From a virus, in the IMG/VR virus record IMGVR_UViG_3300028045_000007, positions 1 through 64,000 of that record: a stretch of 64,000 bases of DNA, one strand, 5' to 3'. Under the pieces are notes generated by a model, which was not told the origin of the DNA, did no database searches, and worked only from the letters and a program-made list of their open reading frames with translations. Every line of letters begins with the position of its first letter. The first letter of the stretch is position 1. Shown in pieces: positions 49,235 through 60,422 of the stretch. Both the position numbers and the translations under genes were made by a program.

Positions 49235-51255
49235 AGGCTTCGAACATTAGAAGGCTACGTGGTGCCCCCTGGAGTCACATATGGACAAAGGACGATATTA
49301 AGACAGTCTTCGATGAGTGTGGTCCATTTCATAGTATCTACCATGCGTCAACGTTCAATCTGTCATGGTTTGTCGAGAAGACATTCAATAACCAACAGGG
49401 GAAGCCGCTTAAACTAGAAGACTTCCAGCAGATTATGCTGGATATGCTATGGCACAAGAAGTTCCCATTGGTTCTAGCCACACGTGGTGCCGGCAAGACC
49501 TTCATATTAGCATTGTATGCATTACTCAAGGCACTCCTGGTGCCCGGCTCGAAGATCGTGATCGTGGGGGCGGGCTTTCGTCAGGCAAAGCTTGTCTTCA
49601 AATATATTGAACAACTGTATGAGTCTAGCCCATTAATCAAGGAGGCCGTCTCCCATTGGGGCGGCCCTAAGTATGGATCTGATGCGGCAACACTTCGTGT
49701 TGGCTTATCGCACATTCAGGCTATCCCGATTGGTGATGGCGAGAAGATTCGTGGTTTGCGTGCTACGGTTCTGATCGCTGATGAGTTTTCATCTATTCCT
49801 GAAGACATCTTTGATATTGTTATTGAGCCGTTCACCGCCGTTCATATGAACCCGGCAGAACGTGCGGCACAAAAGAGATTCACGAGACGATTAGAAAAGC
49901 TTGGTGCGGACGACGGTCTCATTAAGGCCATTGAGAGTACTCAGGGGTTTGGTAACCAAATTGTACTCTCTGGCACCCCAAGCTATAAGCACAATCATTT
50001 TTACAAGAGATGGGCCGTCTATATGGCCTTTATCAAGTCGCGTGGCGACCCTAAGAAATTGAAGCGTGCCCTTGAAGAGCGGCAGCTACAGTCAACGGGT
50101 CGCTGGCAAGAGGTGGACGAGGATGATGTTGCCCATGCCGAAACATCTTGGCACCATTATGCTGTTTTCCAGTTACCCTATACGGCTTTGCCTGAGGGGT
50201 TTATGGAAGAGGACATTATCCGTAAAGCGAAGGCAACATATCCCGCCCACCGTTTTGCTATGGAGTACATGTCACAGTTTCCGGATGATACCGATGGTTT
50301 CATTCGACGATCCTGGATTGACAGAGCTACTCCGCGAGGACCAGACGATATTCCAGTTACAATAGAACTATATGGTGATCCGCGTGCAACATATGTGATG
50401 GGGGTTGACCCCGCTCGATTTAATGACAACCTGGGCGTAGTCGTTTTCAAGATCACTGACCGTGGCAAGGAATTCGTTTATTGTCAAGCCTGGGACAGCA
50501 CTCAGTTTGGCGTATCAGCACAGAAGATCCGAGAGATTGTGAAACGATTCAATGTCTCCTATATCGTAATGGATAAAGGGGGTGGCGGCGAGGCTATTCG
50601 AGAATGGCTATGTAAGAAGACCGATGGTGTTGATCCGGCAGATTTCATTTGGGTCATTCCTGACCAGATGGAGAAGTTTACCGGCAACAAGATGGGTATG
50701 TCGGCTCCAGGTCAGAAGATCTTGGAGATGGTGGACTTCACGCCATCATGGATTTCTCAGGCTGCCCATGCGGTTTCTGCCAACATCGAACAGGCCAATG
50801 TTTTGTTTGCAGACCGTGGCTATGCTGAAGCGGTGTACGACCAATACTTGCGTCACTTTTCCAAGCAAACAATCAACGAAAGCGAAAAGGTGTTCCTACA
50901 GCGTGACTTATGGGGTATGGACGAGTGGGAAGCCGAACAGGTGGGACCTGGGATTAAACCTACTTTTGGAGTACAGCAAAACATAGATGAGTGCATTAAT
51001 GAAACGTGTGCTATTATGCGTATGGTTAGTCCCAAAGGTACCGAAAGTTTTGAACTGCCGAAATTGGCCGAACAGCCCGAAGGGTTAGATATGCGTCGTC
51101 GAGACCGTTGGTCTGCTCTGATGCTCGCTAACTATGCCGCTAAAGTATACATGGGTACTGGCCACAAGACTAGTAATTCACCCGGCCTCGCCACTGGTAC
51201 AGGCCGCAACTATACAAACCGTGGAGTCCGTCGTAGAGGGTCCGTCTCTTATTAG
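49231..51255 (+). CDS. terL: Terminase large subunit
   Basis: Walker A ATRGAGKT, Walker B LIADE, nuclease MGVDPA, RRDRWSAL. Confidence 0.92.
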   Translation: MKASNIRRLRGAPWSHIWTKDDIKTVFDECGPFHSIYHASTFNLSWFVEKTFNNQQGKPLKLEDFQQIMLDMLWHKKFPLVLATRGAGKTFILALYALLKALLVPGSKIVIVGAGFRQAKLVFKYIEQLYESSPLIKEAVSHWGGPKYGSDAATLRVGLSHIQAIPIGDGEKIRGLRATVLIADEFSSIPEDIFDIVIEPFTAVHMNPAERAAQKRFTRRLEKLGADDGLIKAIESTQGFGNQIVLSGTPSYKHNHFYKRWAVYMAFIKSRGDPKKLKRALEERQLQSTGRWQEVDEDDVAHAETSWHHYAVFQLPYTALPEGFMEEDIIRKAKATYPAHRFAMEYMSQFPDDTDGFIRRSWIDRATPRGPDDIPVTIELYGDPRATYVMGVDPARFNDNLGVVVFKITDRGKEFVYCQAWDSTQFGVSAQKIREIVKRFNVSYIVMDKGGGGEAIREWLCKKTDGVDPADFIWVIPDQMEKFTGNKMGMSAPGQKILEMVDFTPSWISQAAHAVSANIEQANVLFADRGYAEAVYDQYLRHFSKQTINESEKVFLQRDLWGMDEWEAEQVGPGIKPTFGVQQNIDECINETCAIMRMVSPKGTESFELPKLAEQPEGLDMRRRDRWSALMLANYAAKVYMGTGHKTSNSPGLATGTGRNYTNRGVRRRGSVSY

Positions 51256-51310
51256 TGTACTAGAGACATGAGCAATTATATCGCAATCTAATTACCCTGG
51301 AGCCCCTTCC

Positions 51311-53734
51311 ATGACTAAGAAACGCACTAATGCCGTCGAGAAAGCTCGCGAAGCCGTAATGTCACGTGCCGCTTCCCCTAACACTATGCTGTCGGCAACG
51401 AGCCGTACCAACGGCATGGATCGCACTAAGGGTTATTTTTACGGTAACATGGGTGACAGCGTTGAGCGTCGTGCCGATGGTGACGGGATGCTTGGTGGGG
51501 GCTCAGACATGTTTGGAGGCGGAGGTTCATCCTGGCAGGCTCAGGGTCCTGGCAACTACTTTGGATCTGGCCTCATTAGTGGCTTTGGTCGTATGCATGG
51601 CGGCGGCTATGGAAATGCTGGAGGATTTACATATCTCCGTCGTTTTTCGTCAAACGCATCCTTTAACCACGATATCATCTCGCGATGCATGATGGCGTAT
51701 CTGGGTTACGGAGTAGTGCGTAATATCATCGATCTTTATGCCGACTTCGCTACCGAAGGTATTGAGATTGATCACCCAGACGAGAGTGTTCGTAACTTCT
51801 ACAGGGCGTGGGCGACCAAGGTTGACTTACGTGACCGCATCCATAATTTCTTTTTGAATCTATTCGTTTCAGGGAACGTATTTGTACATCGTCGCTGGGC
51901 TGAACTGACCCCTCAAGAAAAGCGTGCGATGAGACGTTCTAAGGCGACAGAAAAGCTTGGTGATTCTCTGATCGTACGGGGTGCATCGAAAGACACTACG
52001 GTAGAGGGGCGTGAACACGGATTTATTGATTGGTACCTGAGTCAAAAAGGTGAGATCAATCTCGGTGACGACTCTAAGAATGGCGATAAGACAACTGCCG
52101 CACCGAAGACTCCGCAAGAAGAGAACATGCCAGAGAATCTAGAAAAGCGTATTCCTTGGGGATACACTTTTCTGAATCCACTTCAAATGGAAATGAGAGG
52201 TCGCAAGTTGCGTGGCGACCACTATTGGATCATGGCAATCGACAAACGCGACACGTTAGATTTGGCTCGCGGTTTAGGAATGCGAAGTACGCAAGAACTG
52301 GGTACGACCGAAGTTAACTTGCCGCGTGAGTTCCTGAGTCGCATCAAGGCTTATAGCGGCCCCGGAGCCGGTTACTCCGCAGAGGTCAAGCTAAACAATG
52401 AAGAGCTGTCTGTCGTGCAGGCACCGGGCAAATGGGACTGGTTTGATTGGGCGGTGCCGTTCTGCTTCCCGGCACTACGGGCATTGACATTCAAGGACTG
52501 TCTACGCAACATGGAAATGAAGGCTTGCCAGTCTGTCATTAACTCCATATTCCTTTTCAAGCTGGGTAACATTAAGGAAGGCTTACCCGCTGAGGACGAA
52601 CACTTCGAGCGTTTGGCAGACATGCTTCAAATGCCTGGACAGGCTTTGAATATCCTATGGAACGAGGCCATTGAGGCCGAAGTCATCCAGGCTGATGTCA
52701 AGGGTATTTTCGACATTGGCAAGCATGACTCTGCCGACAAGGATATCTTGACTGCACTTGGCATCCCCGAGGTATTGATTGGTGGCAAGGGCGGCAATTT
52801 CTCCAACTCATTTATAGCCGTATCAACAGTCCTAGAGCGTCTTGAGTCGTACCGTAATAAGGTACATACTTGGCTCATGAGCGAGATGAAAGTGATCGCT
52901 GACGCGATGGGCTTTCAGAAGCTTCCTACGATCAAGTTTGGTCGTACCAGTCTCAAGGATGAAAAATCACATCAGGCGTTCCTGACTGGTCTATATGATC
53001 GTGGAATCCTGTCTGGCGATACATTGCTCAGAGAGGCCGATACTGATGCCGAGATTGAAGCTTCCAAGATGAAGGAAGAGAAGAAGAAGTACAAAGAGAA
53101 GGATATCTTCGAGCCTAAAGGGCCTTTTGTTAAAGATCCCAAGCCAGCTCCCGGCACTCCTGGTGCGAAGCCGCCTGGAGGTGCTGCACCAAAGGCTAAA
53201 CCCAAGACTCCAAATGGCCGTCCACAAAATAGTGGTACTGGCCCCACTGGCGAACAGAGTAATCCGCGTGGTCCAAAAGGACAGAACGTTGCCGTCATCC
53301 TGGAGGCACAAGAACTTATTGGTCGTCGCGGACGTGCCATGCTTGAGCGTGTCGAGTCCTTCATTAGTGAACGTGTCATACGTGCTAAGGCCAGAGAGAA
53401 TCCTAACCTTAAGCACGTGAAAAATCTACGTGCCGAAGAACGCGACCGCCTTGAGTGGTTGATCTACAATGTTTTCAGTCACATGCCACTACCAGAAGAA
53501 CAGGACAAGCCGATTGAAGATGAATTCATCATCAATATGCTTCGCTCCGATGCTTGTGAGCGAATCAAGGTAGAGGTATTTAATATGTATACCGACAAGG
53601 TAGCCGAGTACAGTAAAACATACGGTAAGACGCCAACACGTGAGATGCGTCGTCAATTTATGGTATCTGCTTGGACCCAAACGGCCATCATGGAACATAT
53701 TGAACAAAAACCTGAGCCACTTTTAGGGTATTAG
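51311..53734 (+). CDS. Portal protein
   Basis: Follows terL; VVRNIIDLYADF, ALGIP..LIGG..GNFSNS; size and synteny. Confidence 0.8.
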   Translation: MTKKRTNAVEKAREAVMSRAASPNTMLSATSRTNGMDRTKGYFYGNMGDSVERRADGDGMLGGGSDMFGGGGSSWQAQGPGNYFGSGLISGFGRMHGGGYGNAGGFTYLRRFSSNASFNHDIISRCMMAYLGYGVVRNIIDLYADFATEGIEIDHPDESVRNFYRAWATKVDLRDRIHNFFLNLFVSGNVFVHRRWAELTPQEKRAMRRSKATEKLGDSLIVRGASKDTTVEGREHGFIDWYLSQKGEINLGDDSKNGDKTTAAPKTPQEENMPENLEKRIPWGYTFLNPLQMEMRGRKLRGDHYWIMAIDKRDTLDLARGLGMRSTQELGTTEVNLPREFLSRIKAYSGPGAGYSAEVKLNNEELSVVQAPGKWDWFDWAVPFCFPALRALTFKDCLRNMEMKACQSVINSIFLFKLGNIKEGLPAEDEHFERLADMLQMPGQALNILWNEAIEAEVIQADVKGIFDIGKHDSADKDILTALGIPEVLIGGKGGNFSNSFIAVSTVLERLESYRNKVHTWLMSEMKVIADAMGFQKLPTIKFGRTSLKDEKSHQAFLTGLYDRGILSGDTLLREADTDAEIEASKMKEEKKKYKEKDIFEPKGPFVKDPKPAPGTPGAKPPGGAAPKAKPKTPNGRPQNSGTGPTGEQSNPRGPKGQNVAVILEAQELIGRRGRAMLERVESFISERVIRAKARENPNLKHVKNLRAEERDRLEWLIYNVFSHMPLPEEQDKPIEDEFIINMLRSDACERIKVEVFNMYTDKVAEYSKTYGKTPTREMRRQFMVSAWTQTAIMEHIEQKPEPLLGY

Positions 53735-53752
53735 TCATATGAGGGATCTCGT

Positions 53753-54670
53753 ATGGACAAGACTGTAGCCATTATCCGTAAAGTCGGAGACAAATATTGT
53801 GTTTTCTCCGAAAGCGGCAAGAACTTAGGGTGTTCTACAACTCGTCAGGGTGCAGAAAAGCGATTACAGCAGGTTGAACACTTCAAGAATAAAGGGTCAT
53901 CAAACATGAATTACGACAACGCATTTGATAATTTTACCAAGGCACTTCACGACATTGATCCGACTGAGGTTGGCAAAGCTCCTGAAGCGTCTCCTCGTGA
54001 GATTGATGTAGAGTCTGAGACTCTGACGGTATCTGATACTTTGCAGGTTGGCAGCATTGCTAGTCGCCAGTCAGATCGACTGTTAGATACTAAGGACCAT
54101 TTCCCAGTCTTCTCTCAGGTACAAGCTCAGTCTAGTATGGCTCGCGTGATGCAACTCAACGAGTCGCCCTCTTGGTATAATGGCTCCATTGCCGAGCTTC
54201 GCCAAGAAGTCTACAACGGCATCATGAATTTGCACCCAGAGATTGAGTTGAATATTAGGGTGCCAGTTGAGCAGACTACCGCTCTATCCGATGGCGAAGA
54301 GGCTTCCAAGACCACTCAGCAGTCCATTGAAGATCCGATGAACACCTTGAAAAAGGATAATGTTCCTCAGGTGGGCCGCCCGACCCTGACGAGTGCCCAG
54401 GTAGTTCAGGCTCTTGAGGACGAAGAGACTCGCAAGGCCATTAGTGGTCGTTTAATGGAAATGGTCGATAAGCAGATCGACCACTTGAAAACAGCTAAGA
54501 AGGTAGCGACCCGTCTCCTAAAGAGCGGCCTGAAGGCTGAAGAATTTGATCAGATGAGCACGTACGTTCAAGAGGATATCTTGCGTGAATTAGTTTCGCG
54601 TGGTGTGAATGCTACCGCTACTGATCGTCGCCGTGAGTTGCTTGACCGTTTAAGTCGTAAGGAGGACTGA
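53753..54670 (+). CDS. Hypothetical head-region protein
   Basis: N-terminal IRK.G.KYCV.SE.GKNLGC...A.KRL.QVE.FK module. Confidence 0.65.
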   Translation: MDKTVAIIRKVGDKYCVFSESGKNLGCSTTRQGAEKRLQQVEHFKNKGSSNMNYDNAFDNFTKALHDIDPTEVGKAPEASPREIDVESETLTVSDTLQVGSIASRQSDRLLDTKDHFPVFSQVQAQSSMARVMQLNESPSWYNGSIAELRQEVYNGIMNLHPEIELNIRVPVEQTTALSDGEEASKTTQQSIEDPMNTLKKDNVPQVGRPTLTSAQVVQALEDEETRKAISGRLMEMVDKQIDHLKTAKKVATRLLKSGLKAEEFDQMSTYVQEDILRELVSRGVNATATDRRRELLDRLSRKED

Positions 54671-55177
54671 TCATGCCTACTGATCTGAACGCAGGATATA
54701 CAAATAACGTAAACGTCATTCAGTCTCGCGTGGACGGTGCCCATTCGGTTCGTTATACGGATCGTCCCATTGACTATAATGGAGACGGGGCAAAGTCAAA
54801 AGTGACCATTACGTTTGTTAGTGGTGATGCCACGGGCACTCCCGCTGCTCCGGGTGGCAAAATGAGACAGACCGTTACGAAGCCCACTGGTATCGCTCGC
54901 AGTATCGTGGACGAAGTTACCGAAACTGACGGCGGTGTTCATAGCGATAGCGATGTAGACCAATTCACAGAGGGGAGTTGATCATGGCAGATATTAAATC
55001 TAACGATAAGATGTTTGGACGAGGCGATTGGGATCGTAATCGTGGCATGCAGCACGATACTTTCAGTGAAGCTTTGGAGCGTGCTCATGCTGAGCAAGAA
55101 CCAAAAGAAAAGCCCAAAATCGTCCCCTTGAAGATTTTCGAGCAGTAGTTTCGCCGTTTAGTTTATTGTCAATTGAC

Positions 55178-57034
55178 ATGAAATATCGCACTACATTCAC
55201 TACAAAGGCCGAGGTTGTTCATCCTCAGTCCAAAGAGTTTAAGGCAATTGCCAGTACTCTTCAGGAGAGTTACGGGTTTGATCTTAAGCCGCAGATGGAT
55301 CTCCTCTACGCTCGTTCGTGTCTGGTTTCTGCCGGCACCTCTGTTGGTGTAAATGATAACGACGATATCTTTACACGCGAGGAAGCCTGGGCAGCCCGTC
55401 ACACGCCTGTCCTCAAGCCATTCAATTGGCAACACCAAGACAAAGATATTCTTGGTGTAATGTATACAGTTCAAGCCTGCGATCTAGACGGCAACGTCCT
55501 TGACATTTCGGACGACACGCCTCCTGATTGTGACTTTGACTTATGGGTAGAAGCCGCCATTTTCCGCTTGATTCATGAAAGTCGTGCCGCCGAGATCGAA
55601 GCTCGTTCGAAAGCAGGCACGCTTTTCGTATCTATGGAAGCTTGGTTTGATGATTACAGTTATGGTTTATGTGACCCCGATACTGGTGATCTAGGCAAAA
55701 TTGTAGCCCGTCAACAAAATACCACGTTCCTGGATCGGCACTTACGTGCCGGTGGTGGCACGGGGGTATATCGTGATCCTGAGTCAGATCAGGACATGCG
55801 GATCGGTCGCGTCCTAAGGGCAATTACCTTTGGAGGTTGCGGCTTCGTGGACCGTCCCGCAAATAAGCGTTCCAAGATTGATACTGTTGAGTCTATGAAC
55901 TCTTCAGCGGAACGAGACACCGAATCGCAAATTGAAATCTTACTCCAAAAAGTGGAAGTGCTTGAGGCACAACATACACAACAACAAGCGGAGGAATTGG
56001 TAATGAACCATACTCAAGGTAACCAGGGGTCTGACCCCGAAGTCATTGGAGCGGCTATTGGTGCTGAACTCGACAAGCGAGACAAAGCAGAAGCCGTAGA
56101 ACGTGAGCGTACCGACTTGGTAGCTCGTGCAGAAGCAGCGGAAACCGCAAAAGACGAACTTCAGGCAAAGGTTGACGAACTTAGTCAAGCTCAGGACGCC
56201 AAGGACGTTGAGGTTGAGGCTCTTCAGAACCAACTTAAGGAATACGACGATGCGGTTGAGGGGCTCGTGCAAGAGCAGTCTACTGCTAGTGCTCCTGCTG
56301 AAATCGCTGCTATCGATGGTGTCACTGATGGTGACTCCGCTTGGAATGCCAAGATTGCTTGGATTCAGAAGTCGATGGCGTCTTTGCGTGATCGTGCGGC
56401 TCGTGCCGATGAGCTTGAAGCAGAGCTTGCCAAGGCCGAGGCTGTTGTACGTGAACAAGAAGTACGTAGCCTGTTTGGCGATCTGATGTCGGATGAGGCC
56501 GTTGAGACATTCGTGTCGCACGCCTCTTCTCTCGACGAAGACGAATATTCTCGCTGGCGTGACGAGAAGGAGCTAATGCTTCTTGAGCTATCGCAAGCGA
56601 AAAAGGAACTGCCCGAAGCTTTTAAGAAGAAGGGCAAAGATGACGACGACAAGGACGACAAGAAGGATAAGGGCAAAGCCAATATCTTTGAAGGTCTCCT
56701 AAGAGATCGTCGTGCGGAGGCGTACCCAGAGACGCCGACCGACATGGGCGACATGATCAACCCCCCTGGCGGCGAAGGCGTCGAGAGTGGTGTGAGTGCC
56801 GACCAATTAAGAACACCTCGTAACAAGATTGCTGGTAGCACTGCCGGGAACGATCCTGTCGAAGAGCTTGAGAACGCTCAAGCCGAAGACGGCATCCAGC
56901 TTGCCGGTGCCCAAGCGAGTGACGATGGTGAGGGTGAGAACCCGTTCCGCACCCTTGCGGGACTGGTGACTAACACCCATGAGGAAGAAGATGATGAAGT
57001 TCAGGATCGTCCTGGCTTTGACCCAGTTCAGTAA
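55178..57034 (+). CDS. Prohead protease/scaffold fusion
   Basis: N.NDD.F, VSMEAWF, RVLR.ITF.G.G.V..PAN domain plus acidic coiled coil; precedes the capsid genes. Confidence 0.75.
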   Translation: MKYRTTFTTKAEVVHPQSKEFKAIASTLQESYGFDLKPQMDLLYARSCLVSAGTSVGVNDNDDIFTREEAWAARHTPVLKPFNWQHQDKDILGVMYTVQACDLDGNVLDISDDTPPDCDFDLWVEAAIFRLIHESRAAEIEARSKAGTLFVSMEAWFDDYSYGLCDPDTGDLGKIVARQQNTTFLDRHLRAGGGTGVYRDPESDQDMRIGRVLRAITFGGCGFVDRPANKRSKIDTVESMNSSAERDTESQIEILLQKVEVLEAQHTQQQAEELVMNHTQGNQGSDPEVIGAAIGAELDKRDKAEAVERERTDLVARAEAAETAKDELQAKVDELSQAQDAKDVEVEALQNQLKEYDDAVEGLVQEQSTASAPAEIAAIDGVTDGDSAWNAKIAWIQKSMASLRDRAARADELEAELAKAEAVVREQEVRSLFGDLMSDEAVETFVSHASSLDEDEYSRWRDEKELMLLELSQAKKELPEAFKKKGKDDDDKDDKKDKGKANIFEGLLRDRRAEAYPETPTDMGDMINPPGGEGVESGVSADQLRTPRNKIAGSTAGNDPVEELENAQAEDGIQLAGAQASDDGEGENPFRTLAGLVTNTHEEEDDEVQDRPGFDPVQ

Positions 57035-57049
57035 AAGGAGGCTATAATT

Positions 57050-57517
57050 ATGGCTCTAAAAGGAACCCGACAAACCTGGCAGACGAACATCGATCTGACA
57101 GTATCCGGTGTCGCTGAGCGTGGTGGTATTCTTTCGTTCGTTCCCGGCGTAGTAGGTCTTGCAGAGTACGGCAACGCTGCCGCAGTCTCAGGAGCACTTT
57201 CGAAGCCTGCTGGCTTACTTTTAGATGATGTAGAAGCGATGAACTTCTATAATCACGGAGAGTATCGTCAGCGTAACGTAGTCCCGCAAGGTAGTGTCAT
57301 TGGCATTGCTACAGAAGGTGAATTCTGGACGGACTTCGTTGAAACGGCTACTGCGGATGGGTTCAGCGTAGGTACTTACGCTCCCGGTGACACTTTGTAT
57401 CTTGGTGACGATGGAGAGGTAAGTCGTCAGCAAATTCACGCCCTTCGTGTCCAAGTTGGTGTGTGCCTCAGTGCAGCCACCGCTGACGGTTTCATCAAGA
57501 TCCGTCTTGAACTATAA
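57050..57517 (+). CDS. Capsid decoration/cement protein
   Basis: 155 aa immediately before the major capsid gene; paralog at 59856..60422. Confidence 0.65.
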   Translation: MALKGTRQTWQTNIDLTVSGVAERGGILSFVPGVVGLAEYGNAAAVSGALSKPAGLLLDDVEAMNFYNHGEYRQRNVVPQGSVIGIATEGEFWTDFVETATADGFSVGTYAPGDTLYLGDDGEVSRQQIHALRVQVGVCLSAATADGFIKIRLEL

Positions 57518-57529
57518 GGAGGACTGAAT

Positions 57530-58570
57530 ATGAATTACGTACAACGTTATCCACAAAAAGCCATTGAGGCTCTACGTGCAACGGCGAGTCCGGACAGTGA
57601 TGTTCGTTGCCGTGCTCAAAAGACCCTTGCGGCTGAATTGAATGGCCCTCTTCGTCAGGGCGTATTCGATCGTGACAACCTGGGTGGGATTTACGAGAAG
57701 CAAGTTCTCGCCCCCGGTGCCCAGGCTAACTACCCGCTTGACTTCGTAAGGCCCGGTGAAGAAGATGATTACATGGCCTTCACCCTGCCGAAGCAAGGGC
57801 GTGTACCCGAGCGTCACGTTGAAGGCGACGAGCTATGGGTTCCGACGTTCAACGTTGGAAACGCCATTGACTGGTCGTTGAAGTACGCGAAAGAAGCACG
57901 TTTCGACGTGATCATGCGTGCTATTCGTGTTTACGAAGCTGGTTTTGTTCGCAAGATCAACAGTGACGGCTGGCGTACCATCCTTGGTGCTGCTGATGGT
58001 CGTGGCACTGTTGTGACAGCTAATGGTGCCGCTCCGTTTACTGGCTCGACGCTTGTTCCGACTGCGGCTGCTGGACAGTTCACCAAAGAACTGATCAGTC
58101 GCATGAAGACAGCGATGACTCGTGGTGCTGGTGGCAATGGTAACTCCGGTCGTCTGACCGACGTTTACCTGTCGCTTGAGGCCATGGAAGACATCCGTGC
58201 CTGGGACGTGGACGAGATTGACGAGTTTACTCGTCGCGAGATCTTTGTCAGTAAGGAATACGGCCTTGCCCAGATCTACGGGATCGTTCTTCACGAGATG
58301 ACTGAGTTTGGCGAAGGCCAAGAGTACGAAGAGTTCCTCGAAGTAACTCTTGCTCGTGCCCACTCGACTGCCGGGTCCGTAACCGCCAGAGAGTACTGCA
58401 TCGGTCTTGACCTGTCCACGATGGACAGCTTCGTGATGCCGATTCGCGAAGAACTGCAAACTTACGAAGACCCCGCTCTCTACCGTGAGCAGCGTGCCGG
58501 TATCTTCGGATGGATGGAGCACGGCTTCGCCGTTCTTGATCCGCGTCGTGTTCTCATCGGAGAATTCTAA
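57530..58570 (+). CDS. Major capsid protein (HK97-like)
   Basis: 346 aa, AAGGAGG RBS, synteny, C-terminal G.FGW.E.GFAVLD.RRVL.G; terminator-like hairpin follows. Confidence 0.85.
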   Translation: MNYVQRYPQKAIEALRATASPDSDVRCRAQKTLAAELNGPLRQGVFDRDNLGGIYEKQVLAPGAQANYPLDFVRPGEEDDYMAFTLPKQGRVPERHVEGDELWVPTFNVGNAIDWSLKYAKEARFDVIMRAIRVYEAGFVRKINSDGWRTILGAADGRGTVVTANGAAPFTGSTLVPTAAAGQFTKELISRMKTAMTRGAGGNGNSGRLTDVYLSLEAMEDIRAWDVDEIDEFTRREIFVSKEYGLAQIYGIVLHEMTEFGEGQEYEEFLEVTLARAHSTAGSVTAREYCIGLDLSTMDSFVMPIREELQTYEDPALYREQRAGIFGWMEHGFAVLDPRRVLIGEF

Positions 58571-58651
58571 GCCGACGTTTAACTGTAATAAGGGGGCAGC
58601 GAGTTTTTGGCTCGCTGCCCCCTTAGTGTATTTATATTTAGGGGTGTAGAC

Positions 58652-59521
58652 ATGAGTGAAACAAAAGTACTAACTGTTGGTCAAGCGGCATCTGCCCTGG
58701 ATATCTATCTGTCCGCCAGTAGCGTTGCCGTTAGTGGTAAATACGTTGGATTCGAGCTTTTTGACGCAGCGGGTGTATCTGCCGCGAGCGGAGTAGCTCT
58801 TAATCCAGCTCTTGGTAGCTACACTGGCGACGGCACGATTCCCGCTGGCTATCAATTGGGCGATTGGCGTGTTGACTGGACCATTATTACGGTAGCGGAC
58901 AGTTTGGCCACGGCAACAGAACCATTTACAGTACAGGACGTACTGATTTCTATAGGTTTTGTGCCGTCCACCGACGTTACCAGTCAAATTTACGAAGCCG
59001 TTCGATTAGACATTGGTGACCCCGATGGAACTACATTTGACGACGACTTCTTAAAACGTATTCTACAGAAGGCCGTGCGTAGACTTAATCATCGCCTTGG
59101 CTTGTCAGTAGTGTCTAGACCACAGGGCATTCCTGGCGGATTTGGCGGTCCACGCATTCAGGTAACGCCTATTGCGGCAGACGTTGAGGCTGGCACAGTA
59201 ACGCCCAGCAATGATGAGATACACGACCTTGTTATTATGCAAATGGAGCTGATCATCCTTGAAAGCGAAGTAAGTGCTCTCAAAAGAATGGCAGCCTCCA
59301 ACAACATTGGACCATACAGTGCTTCGGTTTCCGCTGCCGCGAATGATGGAGTATCGGTGACTAATGCCGATGGCGTGTCTATCTCAATCTCCCCATCACG
59401 TCTCAAGATACGTGCTGAGCTTCATAAGTTTGATGTTAAGCAACGCCGCGAGGAGCTAGAGGCTGCCGTGCGTGCTTTCTTAAGTCGTATGACTGGAAAC
59501 TTTGGAAAACTCATATACTGA
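58652..59521 (+). CDS. Putative head-tail adaptor
   Basis: VRLDIGD.....FDDD.L motif; synteny. Confidence 0.55.
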   Translation: MSETKVLTVGQAASALDIYLSASSVAVSGKYVGFELFDAAGVSAASGVALNPALGSYTGDGTIPAGYQLGDWRVDWTIITVADSLATATEPFTVQDVLISIGFVPSTDVTSQIYEAVRLDIGDPDGTTFDDDFLKRILQKAVRRLNHRLGLSVVSRPQGIPGGFGGPRIQVTPIAADVEAGTVTPSNDEIHDLVIMQMELIILESEVSALKRMAASNNIGPYSASVSAAANDGVSVTNADGVSISISPSRLKIRAELHKFDVKQRREELEAAVRAFLSRMTGNFGKLIY

Positions 59522-59855
59522 TGCTGGTGCATGCCAAAATCCCCCGTGGCGTCCTACATCTGGAAGGATTCAGAATTTATGGCCGCGAAACAAAGCAGCC
59601 ACCCCGTGACATACCCTTTACACTCTACGCTCATTTCAAGGACAGTTTGACAGACGGCACATACCGCGAAGGTTACCTACAACAGCTATTCGGCCACGTT
59701 TTTCCGGAGATAGCTTTTACATATCGAGAACTTCGTTGGTTGCCAGATGATACATTAGATGCCATAGGCCCACTAATGGTTCAGGATTACGACATTAAGT
59801 GGTCACACAAAAAGAAAGTAGACCAGATCAAGATAGCCCTTCGAGCTAAATCGCC

Positions 59856-60422
59856 ATGTCAATAAAGCCACTCAGACAAACACAACAAGTCAACGTAGAC
59901 TTTATTTGTCCCTGGACACAGGAGAGTGGCGGCTGCCTAACGCTTGCCACCGCGTCTGGCGTTACGTTTGCACAATATGCATACGATCCTACGGATGCCG
60001 CCCCACTAGGCATGCAGCTCCACGATATTGAGTGGATGAATACGACCCTGCATTACAATAGGACATATCGCGGCATCACAACCGATGTGCCCTATGGCAC
60101 GGTTGGTATCGGGGTGCGGGGTGAATTTAGTACAGATTGGGTTTATCCTGTTGGTACGATATCACCCGGTGATACCGTATACGTTGGCCCCAGTGGTATG
60201 TTTACTAATTCTGATAGTTTTGGTGGCATGCAGATTGGCAGGTTCATCGGGGCACTGCAAACAGACCCTCATACAGTGACTTTTCGAGGAATGGGTTTTA
60301 GTCGTCAATACATGGACACCGTGACAAAACAAATTGTATGGGAAAACAACCCTGCTGACGCTACTGAGTTGGCAACTCCTGGATACATCAAGATTGCCGT
60401 AGACATGGGGGCTAGACTATGA
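59856..60422 (+). CDS. Decoration-protein paralog
   Basis: Shares LRQT.Q.N.D, GEF.TD, PGDT.Y.G..G and G.IKI with 57050..57517. Confidence 0.6.
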   Translation: MSIKPLRQTQQVNVDFICPWTQESGGCLTLATASGVTFAQYAYDPTDAAPLGMQLHDIEWMNTTLHYNRTYRGITTDVPYGTVGIGVRGEFSTDWVYPVGTISPGDTVYVGPSGMFTNSDSFGGMQIGRFIGALQTDPHTVTFRGMGFSRQYMDTVTKQIVWENNPADATELATPGYIKIAVDMGARL

